Positions 15,476-30,519 of a stretch of 64,000 nucleotides of DNA are shown here, piece by piece (the stretch's first letter is position 1; every line of letters starts with the position of its first letter). The position numbers and the translations under genes were made by a program. The notes below the pieces were generated by a model. That model had not been told where the DNA came from and did not search any database. It saw only the letters and a list, made by a program, of their open reading frames with translations. Source of the DNA: the human T2T-CHM13v2.0 reference genome, Homo sapiens. The stretch lies in the NCBI RefSeq assembly GCF_009914755.1, contig NC_060926.1. One strand, written 5' to 3'.

Positions 15476-16438
15476 CTTAAGGAGATTGTCCCCAGGAATC
15501 TCTCTATTTGGGGGAGAATAGCGTGTGCAGGGATGTGTCAGAGCTGATGATCTCCCACTTAGGGACAGGAGTTCTTCTGCAAGAAGATATTACAGGGTCT
15601 GTATAGAAACATTTCCAAGATGCCAAAAAGAGTTGGGCGATTATGTTACATTTTGGTAGAGCCACTCTCCTGGGGATCTCACGGTTTCTGCTGAAACATA
15701 TCACACACACAATCATAGCTGCACAGTGCTGTGATGAAACATCACTAGGGTACCTCCACTCCCCATACAGTTAGGAAACTGTGGAACAGAGACATCCTCC
15801 CGTGTTCAGAGTCACACAGCCTAGATAGTGGCAGTGGTAGGACTACAATCATGGCAGATCAGTGCTAGAAAGGCTTTAGAGTGTCTGTATGTCATTCAGG
15901 GTTCCCAGCCTTGAGAAGAGGACCTGCTATGCAGTTACTGCGGACTGCAAATTCACATGTACACCAACTGTTGTTTGTAGACTAAATAAATAACATCTAA
16001 CATCTGTATACCGTTACTTTAAAAACGAATGTTGACTCTGCTGTGATTAATAAATTGGAAGTTTATTTTCAACTGTTACTGCATCCAAAGTACCTTTTTT
16101 CATTATATTTTCTCACTGCACAGATTCTTAAAGTATATCTGCTGTTGTTTGATTAGTCTGAGAGAGGTTTTGATGTGTGAAGTGTCCCTCGTGCTTGAAA
16201 AGATTGGGAAGCACACATCTAGTCCAACCCTTCCACTTACTTTACAAGATAGACCAAAGCCCATGAGGGTTCCCTTTACTGCCTTAGGGTTGGGAAGATT
16301 GTCAGTAATAAAGTAGGGACCAGATCCTGATTCTTTAGGACCCAAAAGTGAGTGCTTTGTTTTTTTCTTAAGTATATCATATTAATGGTTCCCATTAATC
16401 CAGAACATCCCTATGAATTAGAAAAATCCACAAAATAT

Positions 16439-16903
<465 letters not shown>

Positions 16904-17020
16904 TCAGACAGCATCCAAACAGGCTCAGCAGGTGTTTGCTCCATTAGAATTCTTACATAGATTTTGCAGACACACTGTCAAACCAGCCACACAGAATTTT
17001 ATGTTACTTTTGGATGAAGA

Positions 17021-17021
<1 letters not shown>

Positions 17022-17064
<43 letters not shown>
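17022..17064. repeat. (CA)n microsatellite, ~21 units
   Basis: Uninterrupted CA run. Confidence 0.97.
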
Positions 17065-17066
<2 letters not shown>

Positions 17067-17499
17067 ACATTGACTCGTTTGTGAGAGCGGAGGGCAGACA
17101 CCAGCATCTGTTAACCAAATGGTGGTATACAACATGCATGTCCTGTTTATGTTTGTGTATGTGCTTTTCCTTTCCATAGTTGTTTTTCGTCTCCTTTGGG
17201 TAGACCTAGCATCAGGGAGTCAGAGTGTTGTTATTTGCTCATAGAGACACACACAACTCTTTTCTTCATGCTTGTATTCACACAAAACTAACTCCTAGTT
17301 TGTTGAACAATGAAAGTTTGCATTTGGGCATAGGAGATAAGTACACACTTGCTCACATGGATCAGTAACACTTTGACTATTGTTAGCCTTCTTTTGAAAA
17401 TAAAATAAATCTCTGGCTTACCGTGAAAACTTTACAGATCCAGGACCATTGTGGCATCAAGAACTAGGACTGCCTCCTATTGTTCAATTTTCCAGATGC

Positions 17500-17622
17500 A
17501 TGTCTGTCTTTCTGTCTCTGTCTCTGTGTCTCTCTCTCTCCCTCCCTCCCTCCCTCTCTCTCTCTCTCTCTCTCTCCCCCCCCCCTCCCTCTCTCCCTCT
17601 CTCTCTCTGTCTCTCTCTCTCC
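17500..17622. repeat. CT-rich polypyrimidine simple repeat
   Basis: (CT)n/(CCCT)n/(TCTG)n mosaic. Confidence 0.95.
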
Positions 17623-17627
17623 AGGTA

Positions 17628-18118
17628 TTTTTTTTAAATACTTTAAGTTCTAGGGTACATGTGCACAAAGTGTAGGTTTGTTACATATGTATACATGTGC
17701 TGTGTTGGTGTGCTGCACCCATGAACTTGTCATTTACATTAGATATATCTCCTAATGCTATCCCTCCCCTCTCCCCCCACCCCATGACAGGCCCCGGTAT
17801 GTGATGTTCCCCTTCCTGTGTCCAAGTGTTCTCATTGTTCAGTTCCCACCTACGAGTAAGAACATGCAGTGTTTGGTTTTTTGTCCTTGCGATAGTTTGC
17901 TGAGAATGATGGTTTCCATCCATGTCCCTACAAAGGACATGAACTCATCCTTTTCTATGGCTGCGTAGTATTCCATGGTGTATATGTGCCATATTTTCTT
18001 AATCCAGTCTATCATTGATGGACATTTGGATTGGTTCCAAGTCTTTGCTATTGTGAATAGTGCCACAATAAACATACATGTGCATGTGTCTTTATAGCAG
18101 CATGATTTATAATCCTTT
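17628..18118 (-). mobile_element. 5'-truncated L1PA (about L1PA4/5), ~490 bp
   Basis: Antisense L1PA 3' UTR (tactttaagttctagggtacatgtgcaca...) and ORF2 C-terminus MFIVALFTIAKTWNQSKCPSMIDWIKK; TSD ccaggta(t/g)ttt at 17621 and 18121. Confidence 0.95.
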
Positions 18119-19032
18119 CCCCAGGTAGTTTATGTAGGAACTATTTAATGTTAAATGAATCATTAGGTAAAGTGCGTATACTACTTCATGAGATGGCTTT
18201 AATTAAGTCACTTATTTTCTTAAGACTTTATCTTGATAATTTTTTTCTTGGTTCATAATGAAATGGAAAAGATTTGTGCCTTGACTATCCTGAAACTTTT
18301 ATGTTACTCTCACAAGTTTACTGAAGCTGCAAAGAATAAATAAGGCTATTTAAACTATGGTGACTATAACCCATTTATATTGAGAAATAAGCCTTTCAAG
18401 AGGTTAAAAATAGCATAAAGGCAGGTACATAAGATGCTTGTCAGCTAAAAAGACCCACCCAATTTAAAGTAACATTAATATATTAAAACCCCATTTCTTA
18501 TCTGAGCATATTTATAGCAGAACAAAACTCCAGAGATAAATTCATCTGCCTTCAGACAGCCGTACACCTGAACTCCAGGTGGATGTTTGTGTTTGGGTCT
18601 GTTTCTAGGTGGAATGATCTCATGTTCTCCCTTACCACAGAATTGTGCAACACTGATACACACCTGTGTTTTGATCTTTAAAATCTGTCGTGGTAACATC
18701 TCAAGTAATTTTAAATAGCTTCGTGGATGATCCAGATTGCACGTCTGCCAGAAACATCCTTGGGCACAGTTTTGGAGCTGACTTGGATTCCTGCAATACT
18801 AAACTCGAGTCATATTGAAAATATACTAGGCCTTGGGTTCTGTTCCTTTCACTGAGACTTTTATCTCGATGCATTTTTTTGTATAAGTAATCCCCTTGGC
18901 CAGCGTCAGTGCATGAGATCTTAATTATCATTAAAAGAGAGTGAGATGAAGTATTTAGAAACTAAAGCAAGTTACCTGGATCACCACATTTCTGTCATTG
19001 CACAAGTATTTGAAGAATTATTTTTTTTGCTC

Positions 19033-19160
19033 TTTTTTTTTTGAATTGCAGAAATTTATGAAAATTAGAGACATTGTTTAATCTTCTTGTGCCATGAGAC
19101 TCCATCAGGCCATCTACAAAGACCACTGGGAGGCTAAGGATCACTTGAGCCCAGGAATCG
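19033..19160 (-). pseudogene. 5'-truncated processed retrocopy of the GAS5 lncRNA 3' end
   Basis: Minus strand reads cctgggctcaagtgatccttagcctcccagtggtctttgtagatggcctgatggagtctcatggcacaagaagattaaacaatgtctctaattttcataaatttctgcaattc + A10, ~90% identical by eye to the GAS5 last exon as I remember it; TSD tgctctttt at 19028-19036 and 19161-19169. Confidence 0.88.
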
Positions 19161-19489
19161 TGCTCTTTTAAATATATCTTTTTCATAAAAGTTATTTTAA
19201 AATGTGGCAGTTTAAAATGCCTGCTGAAAGAGTTGATCTTACCTGTAAGATCACTGATTTCTTTCTTTAAAAGCTAGTGGATACCCAACTTGTAAAGCAC
19301 CAAAGTAGGACTTAGTGTGGGAATGTTAAGGAATGAAGCAGAGTTGAAGACATGGCTTATTTCAAAACACAGTGACTCATGAATGCAAAGTAATGCATTT
19401 CTGTTATGTTTGCAGATTCATGGTTAATTCCGACCTTAGCTTAACCACCATATTTTCAGGGCAAACTGTTGATGTGGTAAATTTTTTTC

Positions 19490-19680
19490 TAATGTATTTA
19501 TTTTATTCTAGTTATTATGGGTAATACCAAAAATATGTAAAAAGTAGAATAGTGTAATGAACCTTCGATACCCATCATCCCACTTCTATCTGTGGTTAGC
19601 CCTGTACCCCACTCACTTCACAGTCCCCATGTCCTTCACTGGATTGTTTCAAAGCAAATTCACAAGTATGTGGTATGAAT
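19490..19680 (-). mobile_element. old L1 (L1MC-type) 3' fragment
   Basis: aaaaagtagaatagtgtaatgaaccttcgatacccatcatccc...ggattgtttcaaagcaaattc. Confidence 0.6.
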
Positions 19681-19776
19681 TTTTGTCTTTATGGGAACAT
19701 TTTAGAGGATGTTACACTTTAGAGGGTATCACCCACATGGAGAGCAAAAGAAAGATGAGAAGTACATTCTAAAGAA

Positions 19777-19888
19777 GGCTGGGTGTGGTGGCTCACCCCT
19801 ATAATCCCAGCACTTTGGGAGGCTGAGGCAGGAGCATTGCTTGAGCCCAGGAGTTCAGGCAACAAAGCGAGACCCTGTCTCAAAAAAG
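19777..19888 (+). mobile_element. Alu monomer (FLAM-like) with internal deletion
   Basis: Single left-type monomer ending gagaccctgtctcaaaaaa. Confidence 0.85.
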
Positions 19889-20013
19889 ACACAGAGACAG
19901 AGACAGAGAGAGACAGAGAGAGGGGAGAAAGAGAGAGAGTATGTGAGAGAGAGGGAAAGGAAAAGGAAAGAAAGAAGGAGAAAATGGAGAAGCGAAGCGA
20001 AGCAAGGCAAGGC
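19889..20013. repeat. GA-rich simple repeat grown from the monomer tail
   Basis: (GA)n/(GACA)n/(GAAA)n mosaic. Confidence 0.85.
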
Positions 20014-20075
20014 AATTGAAACAGTAGTGAAGAAGAGTGGTAGTATATCCTGTTAGCCTGTACTATCTATTGTAA

Positions 20076-20446
<371 letters not shown>

Positions 20447-20953
20447 CTACTGCAACTATGGTATGTGAGTCTTGATTCCTATTTTCTATCTCTCATGAGC
20501 ACCTCTGCAACTCAGCCTGAATCTTGCCTATGAAAGTGGCAGAAGTGAAGCTATTAAGCTCCTAGAGACCCATAGAGAACGGCCACTAGAGCATCTTGAG
20601 GGCAGGAGCCATGTCGGTTTGGGTAGCACTATAGTGGCTTGCACAGTGCCTGGCACATATTTGTTGCATGAGTGGATTCTTATATCCACAGAACTGTGAC
20701 TTGAGTGAGTGCAGGAGAAGTTGTATAGCTCTTTCCACATACAGTTCCCCCAACCAGAGTGCTGTAAAGACAAAGCAGAGTCCCAGGAACAGTTCATGGG
20801 ATTCTTTGTGCTTTGAGTCTTTCAGTGTAAAATTTATATATCTATCTGAAATCTTAAAAAACTTGGTAATGCCCTCTGGCTTTTACCAAAAGAATTGAAA
20901 CACACTCACATACACAATATAGTCATTACCATTCTCCTAAAACAGAACTTTGG

Positions 20954-21263
<310 letters not shown>

Positions 21264-22198
21264 TGGAATTATTTTTTAAAGATGCTTTTCTATTACTTTT
21301 GTCATTTAAAAGGACTCAAGTATTTTTCCCCGGGCGCAGGCAGTAGATATATATGTATTCTTTGGGGTTGAACTCAAGTTTGACATTTTAATCTGTAGAC
21401 TAGGTAGCCTCTGAGGTATGTGCCACTGCATGATCCATACCACAATGCCCGCCTCGTTCATTTGCTCTAGAAGGCTCCCATGCCATCATTTGTGAGCATG
21501 TATCACCTTCTCCATTCTACCTACACATTGGCATAAAGTCCCAACCCTCTAATTGGCTCACCACTTAAAAAGCCCTATTGACTGCTTCCTTAAACAGCCT
21601 TGTATTCTTTGTGATAAATACATTTGAAACTGATTTACTCTGGGGTGGGCGGAGGGAAGGTTTGGGAGGGAACCCTACATTTTAAGGACTTGAAAACAAG
21701 TTGGTTATATTTTTAAACTATACTGAGAAGGGGATAGGGTCAGAACCCAATAATGGACCTGAAATCACTGAAAATAATTCTTGGATATTGAAGGGTAAAA
21801 TTTGGCCTATGTCTTGTAAACAGCTGCCTGTATCCCGTAAACAGGCTCAGTCAGATGCTAACAGATATTTGTCAAAATTGCACATGCCAGAGATTGAAAC
21901 GGAAAATGGACATGAGCCATTTTGGAGTTAGGCTTTCCCAACAACAGGCCTCGGGGCTGTTTAGGTTCTGCCACCTAGATACACGGGGGATGGTTTCTTC
22001 AGTGTTTTCCTTCCTCATGAGCTCCCAAAGGACAAGGAAGCAAATCCACAGCTCCTTGAAGCCCCTTAGTCCCTAAGCTACAGTTGAACACAGCAAACAC
22101 ATATTTAATATTGTTTTTATCTGCTTAATTGTAAGTTAGTATTGAACACAGACTAGTTTCAAAGTTTTATTTGCTTAACTTTATGAGTCCTTTCATTA

Positions 22199-22570
<372 letters not shown>

Positions 22571-23484
22571 TTATAGTTTTCATTCCCAAAGGGCTTGCAA
22601 TTTAGTTGGGTAGATAAGACATGTACAAGAAAGAATTAAAGAATACAGCAGCATATAAAAAATTATTTAAGTTTTGTGGTGCAATTAGAATAAATGGTAC
22701 TGATTAAGTATTATAGGCGGTAAGAGCAAAAGAGAAAACATCAGCATGGACTAGAATCTTTGGATCCTGGCACATGGTAGTTGCACAGAAAATATTTGTT
22801 GAACAGAGGATAGGCCATTAAACACCATTTAAAATAGCATCAAAAATATGAAGTACTCAGGTATACATTTGAGAAATGATGTACAAAACCCATATACCAA
22901 AAAGTATAAAAGATAAATTAAAGAAGACCTAAATAAATAGAGAAATATATTGTCAGTGGGCCAGAAGTCTCAGTATTAAGATGTCAATTCTTCCCAGAGT
23001 AATCATTGATCTATAGATCTACAGATTAAGTAGTCAAAAATCTCAGCAGACTTTTTTTTTTAGGGATTGACAAGCCGATTCTAAAATGTATATATAAATG
23101 CCAAGGACCGAGAATAGCCAAAACAACTTTTGAAAAGAAGAGCAAAGTTGGAGGAAGGACTTGCAATACCTGATTTCAATACTTACTATAAAGCTACAAT
23201 AATCAAAGCAATATGGTATTGGCATAAAGAGAGAAAAATAGATAAATGAAACTGAATTTGATAATGAGTCCAGAAATAGACCCACACATCTATAGACATT
23301 CAGTTTTTGACAGAGTTGCCCAGGTAGTTCAATAGAGAAAGGATAATCATTTCAACAAATGATGCTGGAACAACTGGATAGCCATAACCAAAAAGTTGAG
23401 CCTCAATCCTTACCCCATAGCATGTACAGCATTAACTCAAAATGAATTTATAGACCTAAATGTAAGAGCTAAAATTATAGGTAT

Positions 23485-24145
23485 TGTCTTAGTTCATTCA
23501 GGCTATTATAACAAAATACTATAGATTGAGTAGCTTATAAAAAACAGAACTTTATTTCCTACAGTTTTGGAGACTGGGAAGTCCAAAATCAAGCACCGGC
23601 AGATTGAGTGTCTGATGAGGACTCACTTCTTTCATAGATGGCCATCTTCTCACATGGCAGGAGAGGCTAGCTCCCTGTAGTCTCTTTTAAAAGGGCTCTA
23701 GGCCAGGTACAGTGGCTCACACCTGTAATTCTAGCACTTTGGGAGCCCAAGGCAGGCAGATCACCTGAGGTTGGGAGTTCGAGACCAGCCTGACCAACAT
23801 GGAGAAACCCTGTCTCTACTAAAAATACAAAAATTAGCTAGGCGTGGTGGTGCATGTCTGTAATCTTAGCTACTCAGGAAGCTAAGGCAGGAGGATCACT
23901 TGAACTCGGGAGGCAGAGTTTATGGAGAGCCGAGATGGCGCCATTGCACTCCAGCCTGGGCAACAAGGCAAAACTCTGTCTCAAAAAACAAGGGGGGGGC
24001 GGTGCTGTAATCCCATGAGGGCAGAGCCCTCATGATCTAATCACCTTCCAAAGGTTCTACTTACTAATACCATTAATACCATCACCTGAGGGTTAGGATT
24101 TCAACATATGATTTTGGGAGAGACACAAACATTCAAACTATGACA
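23485..24145 (-). mobile_element. MaLR solo LTR (MLT1A0-like), Alu-interrupted
   Basis: tgtcttagttcattcaggctattataacaaaatac ... gacacaaacattcaaactatgaca. Confidence 0.9.
23701..23992 (+). mobile_element. AluSp-like
   Basis: cctgaccaacatggagaaaccc and ggttgggagttc diagnostics. Confidence 0.95.
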
Positions 24146-25307
24146 AACATCTAGAAGAGAACATAGGAAAATAATCTTAGTGAATTTGGGCTTAGCAAAA
24201 ATTTCTTAAGTATGATACATAAAACAACATTAAATATAAAAGAAAAATCAGTACATTACACTTCACCAAAATCAAAATATTTGCTCTTCAAGGCACGGTT
24301 ACAAAATAAAACAGCCAGCCAACAAACCCAAAGAGGAGAAAATTGCAAAACATATATATGACAAAGAACTGTTATCCAGAGTATACAAAGAACTGTTACA
24401 ACTTAGGAATAAGAAGACAAACAGCTTAATACAATTTAGGCAAAAGATTTGAACAAATACGTAGTCATTGGGGAAATGCAAATTAAAGCCACAATGAGAT
24501 TAATACTATACACCTACTAGAATGGGTAAAATTTAAAAGTTTGACCAAAACAAGCATTGGCAAGGATGTAGAACTGGAACTTTTATGGAAATATAAAATG
24601 ATACATTGACTTTGAAAAACAGTTGGTCAGTTTCTTACAAAGTTAAGCATACAACTGCCAGATGACCCAGCCATTCTACTGCAGGTACTTGGTCAAGAGA
24701 AATGAAAGCATACATCTACACAAAGACTTGAAGATGAGTGTTCATAACAGCTTTATTTATAATAGCCAAGAGGTGGAAACAACCCAAATGTCCATCAACA
24801 GGGAATGGATAAACAAATAGTGGGATATCCATTACAATGGAATACGCCTCAGCAATAAAAATGAGTATACTATTGGTACGCACAACAAAATGGATGAATC
24901 TCAAAATAGTTATGCTGAGTGAAAGAAGCCAGGCAAAGAAGAGTACATGCTGCATGATGTACTATTTATATAATTATAAGTATACATTTATATAAAATTC
25001 TAGTGAATGCAAATTATAATGACAGCAGAACAGTGGTTGCCTGGGGACAGGAGCAGTGTAGTTGTGGAAGGGAGAGATTACAAGAGTAAGAGGAAACTTA
25101 GGAAGACGCTATATACGTCCATTTTCCTTATTGTGGTTTCTCAGGTGTCAAAAGTCATTAAAATTTGAAATGTACAATTGTACATCAATTATTTCTCAAA
25201 ACTATAAAAAAAAGAAAAAAGAACTGATTGCCTACATGGCCATTTTTCATTTGCATGATGACAGAAATCGAAGAGCTGTTTTCAACATGAGCTCAGTGTC
25301 CCATTGA

Positions 25308-25629
<322 letters not shown>

Positions 25630-25662
25630 AGGAGATTGTATATTACCTTTAATAGAGAAGCT

Positions 25663-25750
25663 GCACACCAACATGGCACATTTATACATACGTAAAAAAC
25701 CTGCACGTTGTGCACATGTACCCTGGAACTTAAAGTATAATAAAAAAAAA
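25663..25750 (+). mobile_element. extremely 5'-truncated L1PA (88 bp)
   Basis: gcacaccaacatggcaca...aacttaaagtataataaaaa; perfect 12-bp TSD aatagagaagct (25651-25662, 25751-25762). Confidence 0.93.
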
Positions 25751-25764
25751 AATAGAGAAGCTAA

Positions 25765-26117
<353 letters not shown>

Positions 26118-26186
26118 TATAGCTCCTTTTTATAGCTTAAGATGGCATTTGTTTCATGAAAATTGCTCTTAAAAAATAGTTCTGTT

Positions 26187-26481
26187 GGCTGGGTGCGGTG
26201 GCTGACACCTGAAATCCCAGCACTTTGGGAGGCCGAGATGGGTGGATCGCCTGAGGTCAGGAGTTCGAGACCAGCCTGGCCAACATGGTAAACCCTGTCT
26301 CTACTAAAAATACAAAAAAAGTAGCTGGGCGTGGTGGTGCGCACCTGTAATCCCAGCTACTCAGGAGGCTGGGGCAGGAGGCTTGAACCCAGGAGGTGGA
26401 GATTGCAGTGAGCCGAGATCATGCCATTGCACTCCAACATGGGCGACATGAGCAAAACTCTGTCTCAAAAAAGAAACAAAG
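26187..26481 (+). mobile_element. Alu (AluSx-like)
   Basis: Full dimer; TSD aaatagttctgtt. Confidence 0.96.
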
Positions 26482-26679
26482 AAATAGTTCTGTTTATGGT
26501 ACCTATGAGGAATAAATTGGGCACATTAAAAAATTAGATTGATTAGATTTTAGTTTGTTCAAGATAGAGGCTAATATCTCTGCACTCTTGAACCTCTACA
26601 TTCTTGAGCCCTAGGTGGTAGGCAAGGTGCTGGATTTATGCACCGTGCTAAGTGGGCCCAACTCTGCCTTCACCGAGGG

Positions 26680-26880
26680 ATCTGAAGGCCTGGTCTAGGG
26701 CTCTGGCTCTGACGCTTAATAAACATGTGACCTCGGCAAGTCATGTGTCACTGAGCCTCAGTTTCCTCATGTGTAAAATGACAGTAATAATAATACCTAT
26801 CTCACTTGCCTCAGAATTGATACAAGAGCATACTGCTCTTTAAAAGCTGTAAAGTGGCATGAAAATACAAGGAGTTGTTA
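26680..26880 (+). mobile_element. MIR SINE
   Basis: tgtgacctcggcaagtca...ctgagcctcagtttcctcatgtgtaaaatg. Confidence 0.85.
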
Positions 26881-27094
26881 TTTCTGTTGTTCTCCTGCTC
26901 TGGATCCCAAAATGCTTATCCATTGCTCAAGAAAACCAAAGGTATATAATCTTTTCAATTTATAAGAAGGAAAAGAAGTTACGTCACGATGTAACTTCTG
27001 TAACAGATGATGTCACTAAAACTGATCACACTATGGCCATGATCCTTCAAAAGCAGTTTTTTCTCTCTTCCTCTTTTCCCTCCTTTGCTTTCTC

Positions 27095-27590
27095 ATTTTA
27101 TTCCATTAATTTAGTCAACAGATGCTTGCTAAGTACCTGGCAAGTGTCAGGTCCTGTAGGCAATAGAAATAAAACAAGGAAGAAGACAGATGAGTCACTG
27201 CCTCTGAGAAGCTGACATATCTGTGGGAGGCTGTGGTGCAGTTTGACAGGTGCTATGAGAGGAAAAGCATGAGGGGCTCGAGAGCACCTGGGAAGACCCC
27301 GTAACCAAATTTTGGGGGTCAGGGGAAGGACACTTGAGGATAAGTAAGGGTTAGCCACTCAGAGAGCGGGCGGGAGTGTTCCAGTCAAAGGGAACAGCAC
27401 GTGCAGAATGCATGGAGGAGAGCTTCGTGTGGCTGGAGTCAGAGTGTGAAGCCTGGTCAGTGAGAGGGAAGTGGGGAAGTTTCCCAGGACAGATGGTGTT
27501 GGGGCCTTGTAAGCCACGGTGAGAGCTGCAGGGAGCCATCTGGTTCCCTGCCTATAGTTTTAAGCAGGAAATCAACATGACTGACTTGCC
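27095..27590 (-). mobile_element. L2 3' fragment
   Basis: gtcaacagatgcttgctaagtacct...gtgttccagtcaaagggaacagcacgtgcag...ttttaagcagg. Confidence 0.8.
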
Positions 27591-27871
27591 AGTTTACTGT
27601 CTGTGGTAAGGCTTCCTGCTCTCAGCTCCCAGAGTTCCTTGTGAAGCCGTGTTGGTGGTCAAGATTAAGAAGGTTGCTGACCTCTTTCTAGGCAAGATTT
27701 TCTTGGATAGAACTTAGCTTATGGCAACCAAACTGACTTTGTTTACATTGTTTTCTGCCAAGAAAACAGAAACCTCTCCAAATAAACAGTGACTATTACT
27801 TATAAATAGGCTAATGAAACCGTAATTTTCAGTGTTTCCCTCACAATTTGTTGTATGATTACAACGTAGAC

Positions 27872-28296
<425 letters not shown>

Positions 28297-29342
28297 TAGA
28301 CATTTTAAATGGGGATCATATACCAGAGAGAAAATTGTGCTCTAGCAAGAAGACCAGAAATACTTGAATAGAGAGGAACCTCTCTGAGCTTAAATGCAAT
28401 GGGATTTTTTTTTCACAGTAAGATAATTAATTTCTGTTTTCATTTTCCCCAGTGCTACATCGGCATTGGGGGATAAAAAATATACCCTTGGGAAGGTGTG
28501 CTGACTTCTGCAGTCCACAAGAATACTATTAAGAATGTGTCTGCAATTTGTGCTTATTTGTGCTTGTGTTGATCTTTCCTTTATTTTTTTATTTTACAGC
28601 TTTAAGTTTCTTTGGACAACATCTCTTACTATACTTTTCAAATGTCTTGCTCTCTTATAGATAATAATAACATAAAATCTTTACATAATTTCCCCCAGGT
28701 GTCAAGATAGTTTATTGTCTTTTTGTTTTGACATTCAGATATCTGTCTGGAAAAAAAATCTCTATGACATGAGAATTCTAAAGTTTAAAGGACATGAGGA
28801 CAGTGTAACAAACTCACAGATTCATACTGTGGCAACTGAGGGAATGGTTTCCATCCTTTTGGGTGGAGAAGTCTATCAAGAGGGCCAGGGTCTTCAGGTA
28901 CAGCAGTGAATTGTTGTTGAACAAAATATCAGTGTCTATTTTTATCGTAGATACATAGCTGTAATATATATACAGTTCGGATATAGACAGCCTGTCTTTA
29001 TAAAAGTGACTGTCATAGGACAGTAAGTGTATTTGACACAGGCCATCAGCAGAAATGAGAGTGCCAAGTTGGACATAGCACAATTTTCTCATAAAATAGT
29101 GAAAATTCAAGTCTACCTAATTCAAAAGTAGTTTTGAGCAAGCCTAATGCACATATAAAATATTAGTTCAAACAAACCAAACACAGCACCCATGCAATAT
29201 CTCAAGGATACTGTTAATAGTGCCAGCAAGGTGGAAGATGGTATGCTGTCACTGCCATAATTATAAGCTGGCATCAGTCTCTACATGGTGAGCATTTTGT
29301 TTCTTACAACAGTGTACAATGAACTCAAAGTTAAGAATTTTT

Positions 29343-29825
<483 letters not shown>

Positions 29826-29856
29826 CACCAGTTTATCAATGAAAAGGTAAGCTGTA

Positions 29857-30454
<598 letters not shown>

Positions 30455-30519
30455 AAGACCCTGCCTCTTAAAAGTAAGGCAGGAGACTATTTCATTCTTC
30501 TGAGAAACAACATCAGGTA

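Larger units (their letters stand above)
22820..25215 (+). mobile_element. old L1 (L1ME1-like) ORF2 end plus 3' UTR, interrupted by MLT1A0 and Alu
   Basis: ORF2-like ccagaaatagacccacac, ttcaacaaatgatgctggaacaactgg; L1 resumes at ~24146 (ctagaagagaacataggaaa); 3' UTR ttatgctgagtgaaagaagccag. Confidence 0.85.

Noticed and set aside
19234-19253. Perfect 9-bp-arm palindrome tgatcttac-ct-gtaagatca containing a minus-strand donor-like CAGGTAAGA near the GAS5 retrocopy
   Set aside because: One such palindrome is expected by chance in 64 kb and there is no supporting exon structure
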